A DNA stretch of 64,000 nucleotides from a bacterium (GTDB lineage Bacteria; Hinthialibacterota; Hinthialibacteria; Hinthialibacterales; Hinthialibacteraceae): positions 1,216,001 to 1,280,000 of the forward strand of contig CAXXMV010000006.1 in NCBI GenBank assembly GCA_963662285.2, read 5' to 3'. The notes under the pieces are model-generated. The model made no database searches and was not told where the DNA came from. It was given only the letters and a program-made list of their open reading frames with translations. Positions 10,124 to 19,195 of this stretch are shown piece by piece (position 1 is the stretch's first letter; each line of letters begins with the position of its first letter). The position numbers were made by a program, and so were the translations under genes.

Positions 10124-10957
10124 CTATTTTAAGCCTTCCGGTAGGATTAAGCCTGATGGGGGTATGGTTAGTTCGGAGCGCAGCTGGGTGTGGTTTTGCG
10201 TGTCGCCTCCGGTTTGCAGGAAAAAGCGCAGTGCTGTGGTGATTCCGGCGTCAATGTTGAGCGTCGGGGTATTATCGGCTGTGAATCGTGCGCGGCTTAG
10301 TGATACCCAATCGCCGTCCACCGTTTTGACCCAGCCGCCGCCGTATTCTGCATTTCTTACTTGAGTCGCGCTGAGGCCATTGCGCCGGAAATCTTCCACA
10401 AAGCAATAATACCCTTTCAGATACTCTCCGCCGGTAGTGGTTTGGAAACTCGCTAAATGCTTCCACGCCTGTGATTCATTTAAGAAAAAATAAGCGGAAT
10501 AAGTGGTGTGTTCACCATCAACTTTGGCATGGACCAGGCATTTGTACGTCTCGTCCACTTTCCACTGATAGGGGAACATGCTTTTGCCGCCGGTTCCTTC
10601 ATTGCCGAAACGGCTGATGCGTACGCCTTCGCCATTGTGTAACACTTTCACCCGGCGGTCTTCTTCTACTGAGTTGGGATCATTTTGTTTTCCGGGATCC
10701 CAGACGGAAAAGATAACCACTTTATCTTCGGGAGAACGAATTTCTTGAATGCCGAAATACCCATGCCGGAATCCACACACGGAAAAATAGGTTCCAGGAT
10801 GAGACTCTTTTACAGTGACTTCATTGTAGTAGATGCTGCCATCCGGCGCCGGGAACCATAAATGCACCGACCGCGCCGCTTTTGGTTTTTCTTCTTGGGC
10901 TTGAATAGATGATGAAACGAAGAATAAAACCAGTGAAATAATTATTACGCTTTTCAT
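10124..10957 (-). CDS. Secreted DUF3472-like protein
   Basis: Signal peptide from MKSVII (10957; upstream starts to 11005 possible). ARSVHL, GYFGIQE, IFSVWD, FGNEGTGG and FVEDF motifs. Confidence 0.7.
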   Translation of the reverse strand: MKSVIIISLVLFFVSSSIQAQEEKPKAARSVHLWFPAPDGSIYYNEVTVKESHPGTYFSVCGFRHGYFGIQEIRSPEDKVVIFSVWDPGKQNDPNSVEEDRRVKVLHNGEGVRISRFGNEGTGGKSMFPYQWKVDETYKCLVHAKVDGEHTTYSAYFFLNESQAWKHLASFQTTTGGEYLKGYYCFVEDFRRNGLSATQVRNAEYGGGWVKTVDGDWVSLSRARFTADNTPTLNIDAGITTALRFFLQTGGDTQNHTQLRSELTIPPSGLILPEGLK

Positions 10958-11231
10958 ACGGATTGATTGTAAGTTTATCATGTTAAATTGATTATCATTA
11001 AACAAAGTTTAATGCTCTTTCTATGGATAATATGAAACGACATTTTAGTCGAAATAAATCTTTACCCAATCTCTAGTGTAGGGATTAAACTTGCTATATT
11101 TGCAACATGAATCATCTGACTGAATCCTTGACTGAATCCGCTATTATGAGAAAATTAATACTAATCCGGTAAACGGGTATATTTTACCTGTCAAATTTGA
11201 ATATCCCGGACGATAAAGAAAGGAAATAGTT

Positions 11232-12224
11232 ATGAAAAGAAATATTTTGTTGTGCTGCTTATTGTTGATTGCCATGGTTAGTGGATGGAGCGCTCCGAGT
11301 GATATTGTGTGGACCGATGATGTTGCTAATAACCCAGTGATTATTGAGCCGGGTTTGACCGAAGCCAACCGGGCCTACTATGCGACAGTTATATTTGATC
11401 CATACGCCAATATCTGGCGGGCCTGGTTCGACGCCAGCAGCGGCGCGGATGTGGCATACGGCCAGTCTTCTGATATCGATGGCATCAACTGGGGCGACTA
11501 TGCTCTATGTCAGGGATTCACCGAATCGTTTAAGCAGAGCAAAGCCTTTGTTATTCAATTAGGTGAAAACTTGTTTCGCATGTGGTATACCGCTGATGAC
11601 CGTCTTGGAGGATATTTTATCAACACTTGCGAATCAACCGATGGCGTAAACTGGACCAATGATCAATGGACGCTGGGCATCGCCGAGCCGGATGCAGCTA
11701 CCTATGGCCCCATTGAACGGTTCACCGCCGTTCGTTTGGAAGACGGAAGTTTTGTCGCTTACGTTCGTTGTGAAGAACCGGAAATCGAAGGAACTGTTGA
11801 AGGCGTAAAACTGCTGTACCGTTATACCTCAGATGACGGCATACAGTGGACCTGGACCAATGATACATTGGTTAACGGCGTTGAGGGATTGGAAGGCATC
11901 GAATTTTCATCGGTTGTTAAACATCCGGATAAAGCAGGCGTGTGGTACGCCTGGGGGAATCCCGCAAATTCATCTGGACCGTTTCAGTCTTTTGTTTCAG
12001 TTGATGACGGCCTGACTTTTACGCTTGACGAGAATCCTGTTTTGGACATCGGTGAACTGGGAACTCAATCCTATAACGTTGACCGCAACTATCATCCCAG
12101 CGCTACTTATATGGGTGATGGCAATTGGGTTATGTTCCGTACTGTGGCCGAACCTAAAGGAACCGCTATAGCAACTGGAATTGAACAAATCGATACTGGT
12201 TTGAATGCGTGGGAATTATATTAA
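11232..12224 (+). CDS. Secreted beta-propeller (glycoside hydrolase / sialidase-like) protein with C-terminal WELY tail
   Basis: Signal peptide, repeated Asp-box-like SxDGxxW motifs (SDIDGINW, STDGVNW, SDDGIQW, SVDDGLTF) and NPV repeats. Confidence 0.6.
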   Translation: MKRNILLCCLLLIAMVSGWSAPSDIVWTDDVANNPVIIEPGLTEANRAYYATVIFDPYANIWRAWFDASSGADVAYGQSSDIDGINWGDYALCQGFTESFKQSKAFVIQLGENLFRMWYTADDRLGGYFINTCESTDGVNWTNDQWTLGIAEPDAATYGPIERFTAVRLEDGSFVAYVRCEEPEIEGTVEGVKLLYRYTSDDGIQWTWTNDTLVNGVEGLEGIEFSSVVKHPDKAGVWYAWGNPANSSGPFQSFVSVDDGLTFTLDENPVLDIGELGTQSYNVDRNYHPSATYMGDGNWVMFRTVAEPKGTAIATGIEQIDTGLNAWELY

Positions 12225-12252
12225 ACGCAAAAATGTTTCATCGTAAATTAAA

Positions 12253-12284
12253 GACGGGGCGTTGATTATTGCGCCCCGTTTTTT
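12253..12284 (+). terminator. Intrinsic terminator
   Basis: ACGGGGCG...CGCCCCGT followed by a T-tract, about 30 bp after the stop at 12224. Confidence 0.75.
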
Positions 12285-12313
12285 CGTTTAGGGGGAAAAA
12301 TGAAATCGGAAGT

Positions 12314-13798
12314 GGAAGTGATAGCATCAAGGGCAGAAAATACACTGCCCTTGCCACCCTTCTTGCTCTTGGCGCTCGTCTTGCTCTTGGAACTCGTCGG
12401 AAGTGATAGCATCAAGGGCAGAAAATACACTGCCCTTGCCACCCGTCTTGCTCTTGGCGCTCGTCTTGCTCTTGGAGCTCGTCGGAAGTGATAGCATCAA
12501 GGGCAGAAAATACACTGCCCTTGCCACCCTTCTTGCCCTTGGCGCCTGTCTTGCTCTTGGAGCTCGTCGGAAGTGATAGCATCAAGGGCAGAAAATACAC
12601 TGCCCTTGGCGCTCGTCTTGCTCTTGGAGCTCGTCGGAAGTGATAGCATCAAGGGCAGAAAATACACTGCCCTTGCCACCCGTCTTGCCATTGGCGCCTG
12701 TCTTGCTCTTGGAGCTCGTCGGAAGTGATAGCATCAAGGGCAGAAAATACACTGCCCTTGCCACCCGTCTTGCCCTTGGCGCTCGTCTTGCTCTTGGCGC
12801 TCGTCTTGCTCTTGGAGCTCGTCGGAAGTGATAGCATCAAGGGCAGAAAATACACTGCCCTTGCCACCCGTCTTGCCCTTGGCGCTCGTCTTGCTCTTGG
12901 AGCTCGTCGGAAGTGATAGCATCAAGGGCAGAAAATACACTGCCCTTGCCACCCGTCTTGCCATTGGCGCTCGTCTTGCTCTTGGAGCTCGTCGGAAGTG
13001 ATAGCATCAAGGGCAGAAAATACACTGCCCTTGCCACCCGTCTTGCCCTTGGCGCCTGTCTTGCTCTTGGAGCTCGTCGGAAGTGATAACATCAAGGGCA
13101 GAAAATACACTGCCCTTGCCACCCGTCTTGCCCTTGGCGCTCGTCTTGCTCTTGGAGCTCGTCGGAAGTGATAGCATCAAGGGCAGAAAATACACTGCCC
13201 TTGCCACCCGTCTTGCTCTTGGCGCCTGTCTTGCTCTTGGAGCTCGTCGGAAGTGATAGCATCAAGGGCAGAAAATACACTGCCCTTGCCACCCGTCTTG
13301 CCCTTGGCGCCTGTCTTGCTCTTGGAGCTCGTCGGAAGTGATAGCATCAAGGGCAGAAAATACACTGCCCTTGCCACCCGTCTTGCCCTTGGCGCCTGTC
13401 TTGCTCTTGGAGCTCGTCGGAAGTGATAGCATCAAGGGCAGAAAATACACTGCCCTTGCCACCCTTCTTGCCCTTGGCGCTCGTCTTGCTCTTGGAACTC
13501 GTCGGAAGTGATAGCATCAAGGGCAGAAAATACACTGCCCTTGCCACCCGTCTTGCCCTTGGCGCTCGTCTTGCTCTTGGAACTCGTCGGAAGTGATAGC
13601 ATCAAGGGCAGAAAATACACTGCCCTTGGCGCCCGTCTTGCTCTTGGCGCCTGTCTTGCTCTTGGAGCTCGTCGGAAGTGATAGCATCAAGGGCAGAAAA
13701 TACACTGCCCTTGCCACCCGTCTTGCCCTTGGCGCTCGTCTTGCTCTTGCCACCCGTCTTGCCCTTGGCGCTCGTCTTGCTCTTGGCGCCTGTCTTGC
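12314..13798. repeat. Hierarchical tandem repeat array, 17 units (mostly 85 bp)
   Basis: Unit starts (GGAAGTGATA): 12314, 12399, 12484, 12569, 12636, 12721, 12824, 12909, 12994, 13079, 13164, 13249, 13334, 13419, 13504, 13589, 13674. Each unit is a 32-bp head plus 2-4 copies of an ~18-bp subrepeat and carries the hairpin CAAGGGCAG-8nt-CTGCCCTTG. Confidence 0.95.
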
Positions 13799-13838
13799 GG
13801 GCGCCTAAAGTCGCCTTGGATATGGGATAGTATTGTAA

Positions 13839-15290
13839 TTAACCTTTAGAGGCGATTAATGCGCAGGCTTCATCGATGATCTCTGAGATGTGGCCGGTTT
13901 GGCTGGTTGCGTTGCCCAGGAAAGAGAATAGATAGGTTTTACCGCTTTTGGCATTGATCAGGCCGGATAAAGATCGAGAACCGTTGAGCGTACCGGTTTT
14001 GGCGAAAACCCGCTTATAGGCCGCTGTATCCCGCATGCGTTGTTTCAAGGTTCCACTCACGCCGGCCTGGGGGAGGGAATTAAAGAACAACTTTGATTGG
14101 GGTGATTTTCTAACTGATTGCAAGATGGCTATTATAGCGTTGGCGCTTAAGCGATTCTCGCGGGATAAACCGGAACCGTCAGCGAAATAAACGCCATCCA
14201 GTTTGCAGCCATGTTCGGTCAGGATGTCTTTTACCGCCGCCACTCCCATGGGCCAACTGCCCTGGCCGTATTCAGCGTATCCCAGGGTCTTGATAAAATG
14301 TTCGGCGTAAAGGTTCTGACTGTTTCGTAGGCAAACTTCAACCAGCTGCTTTAGTGGAGGAGATTTATAAACGTCAATCTTTTTCCATTGGTTACGCTCT
14401 TTCAATAAAATATCATCTCCATCAACCGGATCGCCTTTGACAGTTACTCCTTCTTTTTGCAAAGTCTCCTTAAGCACCGTAGCGAAAAACAGGGTTGGAT
14501 TGGGTACCGAAGCATAGATTGTTGATGAACGTTTGGCGCGAATGGTTCCCTTAACCTGAAGAGCGGTCTCTTTAGGATTACGTACTATTTCGACGCCTTT
14601 ATCAGATTTTCTGGTTTTGACAGTTTTTACTGAAGGTATGAGTTGAATGTATTTGGTAGGTGGATTAAGGGATAATTCAGCTGGTTTACCAGAGGCGTCG
14701 GATCCCTTGATTAAAATATCTATGCAGCCGTCGTTGAACGAGAGTGCGCTTATTTCAGCTGCATACCATTCTACTAAATCTATTGGATTCCAGTTTAATC
14801 CATGCGGTATGTCATCAAATACATCGTCAACTCCGATGATATCTCCCTGGATTGATTTGATTCCTTTTCTTTTTAGCAGCTCAGCCCATAGACGGAACTG
14901 ATAAGTAACATCTCCATTGTTGAATCTACCGCCGATGCTGGGATCGCCGGAACCGGTGATGATCAAATTACCATACAGGGTAGAACCTTCAATAGAACCG
15001 GTATGGAAGAGCGAAGTTTGATAGATGTATTCCGGACCAAGTTTGAGCAGAATGGCTGCGCAGATGGGAATTTTCTCATTTGATGCAGGAATTAATGTCC
15101 GGTGGGGAGTGATCTCGAATAGTTTGTCTGCGCTGTTGGCATTCTCGACCGAAACGCTCCAGACATAAGAAGGCTGCGTCTTGAAGAGAGTTGTAAGTTC
15201 TTCCTTCAAAGACGCAGCCGAAGATATGACATTATTGGTAAATAAGATCAGGCAGACGGTTATAAAATAAATTCGCTTTATCATTTGCAA
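13839..15290 (-). CDS. dacB: D-alanyl-D-alanine carboxypeptidase/endopeptidase (PBP4, peptidase S13)
   Basis: PASNEK (SxxK), GSGDP, SQN (SxN), DGSGLSRENR and AKTGTL (KTG) motifs. Confidence 0.9.
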   Translation of the reverse strand: MQMIKRIYFITVCLILFTNNVISSAASLKEELTTLFKTQPSYVWSVSVENANSADKLFEITPHRTLIPASNEKIPICAAILLKLGPEYIYQTSLFHTGSIEGSTLYGNLIITGSGDPSIGGRFNNGDVTYQFRLWAELLKRKGIKSIQGDIIGVDDVFDDIPHGLNWNPIDLVEWYAAEISALSFNDGCIDILIKGSDASGKPAELSLNPPTKYIQLIPSVKTVKTRKSDKGVEIVRNPKETALQVKGTIRAKRSSTIYASVPNPTLFFATVLKETLQKEGVTVKGDPVDGDDILLKERNQWKKIDVYKSPPLKQLVEVCLRNSQNLYAEHFIKTLGYAEYGQGSWPMGVAAVKDILTEHGCKLDGVYFADGSGLSRENRLSANAIIAILQSVRKSPQSKLFFNSLPQAGVSGTLKQRMRDTAAYKRVFAKTGTLNGSRSLSGLINAKSGKTYLFSFLGNATSQTGHISEIIDEACALIASKG

Positions 15291-15356
15291 CCGTTTATGG
15301 CTCCCTCAAACTAAATCGAATTACGCATTAAACATAAGACTCTAAACATTAATACC

Positions 15357-17885
15357 TTAGTTCATGCTCATCTGGCCGCTCGCCGCTGGAGTATCCACTT
15401 TTTCCTCAATTACATTCTTAAGAGAATGACTTTCAATATCCATTAAGGCGTTAACTGTTTCACTCTCTTTATTGGTGATATTGATTGCGTTGATTGTCTG
15501 AACGCGGGGGCCATATTCGATGTTATACATATAGTTCATAAGTGATTTATAGTCTGCATCAATATCCATGGTCAAAGAACGTTTGATGTAATAATCCTGT
15601 CCTGAATCTTCTTGAGCCTTATTGAATTTTTCGATGACTTCAGGTGGGATCAAATCATCCTTGAAATATTTCTGGTATGTTTTGTACTTTTCGACCATAT
15701 CAATAATAGTGCGAACTACAACCATCTTTTCATCTATTGTAAGTTTGGCGTCTGCTTCAACTTTTGCGGGATCAGCATCAGGGCTTAGTTCAGTCCAGAA
15801 TAGATCGCCGATCTGCATAGCTTTTTGTCGGATTCCGAGATCGGTTGTATCGGCGTCGCGGAACATGCTCATCAAGCCGCTGCCGCCTCCCATACCGCCC
15901 ATACCCATGCCCATCATGCCCATGCCCATACCACCGCCCATGCCCATGCCGCCCATGCCCATGCCGCCCATGCCCATGCCCATCATGCCCATGCCCATAG
16001 CGCCGCCGCCGGCCCAGTCATATTTGACCAGATAATTATTTTCACTCATGAGTTCGGCTTGGAGTTCTCCACGTTCACTTTTAAACGAATCTTCCAATTC
16101 TTTATCGACCACGTTGTAGCCATGACCTTTGTAGATAATCTGGTTGATGCTGATCACATTATCGTTGATCGCTTGTTGGGCCAAGTCATAGCACAAGCGT
16201 TGAAATTCGACGATTTGGTGAAGTAGAAGAGAATCATTTTTCATGATTTCATCATCAACCTGGAAAATAGGAATTAAATCAGCGAAACTTTTGCCGGTAT
16301 TTTGACGGATAAAATCAAGTACATAGAGTTCACGAATTGTTCTGGTAGTTTTGTCTGATGCCAGGAACTGGTCATTGATGCCCAGCGAATGCTTTAACAT
16401 GGTGTAGGTTTTTTCGTAAACTTCACGGATCGCCGGATTAATTGTTCCGATACTTTTTTGCTTTTGATATTGAGCAATTTCCAACAGTAATTGAGGCAAT
16501 TCTTTTGCTTCGGGCAATTCATCCTCGAAATGATCGAGGTAAGTGGTTGATTCGTTAGCCTGGATTTCAGCGCTAGGCTGGGGGCTGATGTTCGGGCGAT
16601 TTTGGATGCGTAAGTCATCAAATGTACAATCAGCGGCGAATCCACCTTCTTCGTCTGTTCCCAAATAAACTCCGGTAACAACTGAAGGTAAAGAAATATT
16701 AGTGGTCAGAGCCGTACCAGCTGTAGGACCCATTGATCCCATACCGCCGCCCATGCCCATGCCGCCCATGCCCATGCCGCCCATACCCATGCCGCCCATG
16801 CCCATGCCGCCCATACCCATCATGCCCATACCCATGCCCATCATGCCCATACCCATGCCGCCCATGCCATATCCACCGCCGCCTCCGCTGAAGAGAGAGT
16901 CTTCTTCGAGGTCGCGGGCGTCGCGGATGGATTGTCCACCGCCGTAGGGTACGCCGCGGTTCTGGCCGTTAATGTATAGAGCCTGGCGTTTCCCTTCCCA
17001 GATAGCATTGATGTGATACCACTGTCCTTTTTTCCAGTCAGAGATATAAGCCGTGACGATGCTGGGAGGTTTTACGTAATCGCGTAATTCAAAACTCAGT
17101 GTGGCGCCTTCGCCCTTATAGATGGCAATCATACTGTCACGAGCGAATGGGCCAGGACCCACAGGCAGCATCTGGTTTATGTTCATTCTTTCAAACATGG
17201 AATTGCTGGTATCCTGGCTTTCCTGGTCAGTTTCCATGCGAAGTTTGATTTGATCGCGGGTGAACTTACGTGAATCAAGGGCCATAAAGAGGCATTTATG
17301 ATGAATTTCAGTGTCTGAAGGATCCCAATCAGGTTTGACGAAAAACTCTAAGGAACCTTGGCGTGGATTAATAACCTGGTGAGTTTGTACATTGGCGTAA
17401 GCGATTGCGCGGCCATTGCTGGCTTTGAATCCTGTGCCGAAGCGGCCTTCGGTGATGCCGCCGCCAACTTCCCAGGAACTGCTTACGGTTAGTTTGGTTG
17501 TTTTGCTTTCTTCTTCAACCTTTTTCATGCGAACGATTTGATTGATAACTTCGTCGCGATAATTTATCGAAGGATCGAAGCGTTCGATGATTTTTACTTT
17601 CTTGTCTAAATCATTGAATCCATTTCTGGCTGTATTTATCTTATCTTGAATAACTTTGATGACTTTATCGGCTTGAGTGGGGAGAGATTCATTGGTTGAG
17701 ATGCTAGAATCGCCCTCTTTTTTAATCTGAGAAACGATGGTTTTATATGTTCGCGAAAGGCCTTGCAACTTTTCATTATACTCTTTGTATTGCTTTTGCT
17801 TTGGAGCGAATACATACAGATGCATTCCTGCAACGACAACTGCGGCGATGATAATCGCAATAATTGCTTTAACTTTTTTACCCAT
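15357..17885 (-). CDS. Bitopic membrane protein: PilO/GspM-like termini, LamG-like insert and two Gly-Met tracts
   Basis: N-terminal TM plus coiled coil. QGSLEFFVKPDW...GQWYHINAIW...LYING...FDDLRI is LamG/concanavalin-like. C-terminal DADYKSLMNYMYNIEYGPRVQTINAINI is PilO-like. (MG)n repeats at ~15880-16010 and ~16740-16880. Confidence 0.55.
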   Translation of the reverse strand: MGKKVKAIIAIIIAAVVVAGMHLYVFAPKQKQYKEYNEKLQGLSRTYKTIVSQIKKEGDSSISTNESLPTQADKVIKVIQDKINTARNGFNDLDKKVKIIERFDPSINYRDEVINQIVRMKKVEEESKTTKLTVSSSWEVGGGITEGRFGTGFKASNGRAIAYANVQTHQVINPRQGSLEFFVKPDWDPSDTEIHHKCLFMALDSRKFTRDQIKLRMETDQESQDTSNSMFERMNINQMLPVGPGPFARDSMIAIYKGEGATLSFELRDYVKPPSIVTAYISDWKKGQWYHINAIWEGKRQALYINGQNRGVPYGGGQSIRDARDLEEDSLFSGGGGGYGMGGMGMGMMGMGMGMMGMGGMGMGGMGMGGMGMGGMGMGGGMGSMGPTAGTALTTNISLPSVVTGVYLGTDEEGGFAADCTFDDLRIQNRPNISPQPSAEIQANESTTYLDHFEDELPEAKELPQLLLEIAQYQKQKSIGTINPAIREVYEKTYTMLKHSLGINDQFLASDKTTRTIRELYVLDFIRQNTGKSFADLIPIFQVDDEIMKNDSLLLHQIVEFQRLCYDLAQQAINDNVISINQIIYKGHGYNVVDKELEDSFKSERGELQAELMSENNYLVKYDWAGGGAMGMGMMGMGMGGMGMGGMGMGGGMGMGMMGMGMGGMGGGSGLMSMFRDADTTDLGIRQKAMQIGDLFWTELSPDADPAKVEADAKLTIDEKMVVVRTIIDMVEKYKTYQKYFKDDLIPPEVIEKFNKAQEDSGQDYYIKRSLTMDIDADYKSLMNYMYNIEYGPRVQTINAINITNKESETVNALMDIESHSLKNVIEEKVDTPAASGQMSMN

Positions 17886-17973
17886 TATCCTATACCTCTC
17901 CCTGCGCCATTAAACGGTTTTTTTTTTGCGTTTTTTTTTTGAAAATTTGTAAAATAATTACTAATTTTAAGTT

Positions 17974-19182
17974 CTATCTCATTTCAGGCGGATCACCGCT
18001 GGATTTATTAAGTTCCTGTGAACTTAATTTACGAAATGAGCCGTTCTCGCATTCCGCACACCCTGCCTTCTTTAAGTCTTTAATCGTAAGATACTTATGC
18101 TCAGGTCCAACCGCATAGCGCGTATCGCATGCCGTACATGCGTAAATTCCGCCGGGCGGACGAACCTCTCCCGTATAAAAAGGAGTATAACGCAAGCGGG
18201 ATGATTTTTCAGGTGTTGGAGATAAAACCTTTTCTACTACTAATAGCGACGATTGGTTGGCATGAATAGAAGCGCCATGATAATGATTGAAATTTGGATG
18301 GATTTCATTGATCACCCAACCCATATCCAATAGATTACTCTGGATGGGATTTAACTCTGATCCAGATGGAAAAGGCATTGATAATAATAGACTTGCGCCG
18401 GTTTTTACGGCCACATTACAACGGTGCGCGAATGTGGTTATGCCATTCAGGGTATATGACGGATCGGTTAAAGCTGCATCGAAGCGATCATGTAATTCGG
18501 TTGGTAAAGGTTCACGCACATCATATTTAAAAGTTTTAATATAATCGCATGTAATGTCTTTAATATAAGATAAGTAACGATCATCAATGTCAGCGACGAA
18601 CAGTTCTCCAGGCGCTTCCAATTCGGACATAAACCTTTTACGAACCAGAAAACAGGCTACAGAAATCAAATCATCGTCGCCCATAAATATGATAGAGCGA
18701 CCAAGCAACCCTTTTTCCAAGAGAAACAATGCTTTGCGGACGCCCGTTTCCGCCGTGGCGTGGCTTTGGTCTAGAGTGACATCAACTTCCGGTCTGGACT
18801 GGCATATTGCTTCAAATTTTTCAATAACAGCGAATGATTCGGGTGAAGTGATTCGTCCGGTTCCTAAACATGCAGAGCATTGCTGATTTACGAACTCTTG
18901 TTTTCCGAAAAGATTACGCAGTAGTTCACTGCCTTTTTCGGTAATTTTAAGTTTTTGGTCTGTGACGAAGAAATCTCTTTTTTCTAATTCGCGGCGCATG
19001 GCGGCCAGGACCGGGACCGGGATTCTAATCTCGGCGGACCAGTCGCGCGTTGAATGAATCTTTTTTCTGTACAGCGCCCATAGAGCTTTGGTAACGCCTT
19101 CAATGCCTTCACGCAATTGAATGGACTGGGCGATTCCGCTAAGCCATTCCGTTTTTTGGATCGAATTCATTTTATCATTCAT
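17974..19182 (-). CDS. Branched-chain polyamine synthase (BpsA)-like aminopropyltransferase with zinc ribbons
   Basis: RPEVDVTLDQ, MGDDDLIS, DIDDR, YDVREPLP and TDPSYT motifs; CSACLGTG and a C-terminal CTAC...CAEC. Start taken at MNDK (19182). Confidence 0.72.
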   Translation of the reverse strand: MNDKMNSIQKTEWLSGIAQSIQLREGIEGVTKALWALYRKKIHSTRDWSAEIRIPVPVLAAMRRELEKRDFFVTDQKLKITEKGSELLRNLFGKQEFVNQQCSACLGTGRITSPESFAVIEKFEAICQSRPEVDVTLDQSHATAETGVRKALFLLEKGLLGRSIIFMGDDDLISVACFLVRKRFMSELEAPGELFVADIDDRYLSYIKDITCDYIKTFKYDVREPLPTELHDRFDAALTDPSYTLNGITTFAHRCNVAVKTGASLLLSMPFPSGSELNPIQSNLLDMGWVINEIHPNFNHYHGASIHANQSSLLVVEKVLSPTPEKSSRLRYTPFYTGEVRPPGGIYACTACDTRYAVGPEHKYLTIKDLKKAGCAECENGSFRKLSSQELNKSSGDPPEMR

Positions 19183-19195
19183 ACTTAATCCGTTT

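Noticed and set aside
12314-13798. CRISPR array (35-nt GTC...ACAC head resembles a repeat)
   Set aside because: The intervening sequences are near-identical 18-bp subrepeats rather than unique spacers, the hairpin extends beyond the head, and there are no cas genes in the window.
12300-13808. About 20 short ORFs (MARAVYFLPLMLSLPTSSKSK...) in the array
   Set aside because: By-products of an 85-bp, non-triplet repeat; they overlap in shifting frames and have no RBS.
15622-16947. Plus-strand Pro-Met and His-Ala repeat ORFs
   Set aside because: Antisense shadows of the Gly-Met tracts in 15357-17885.
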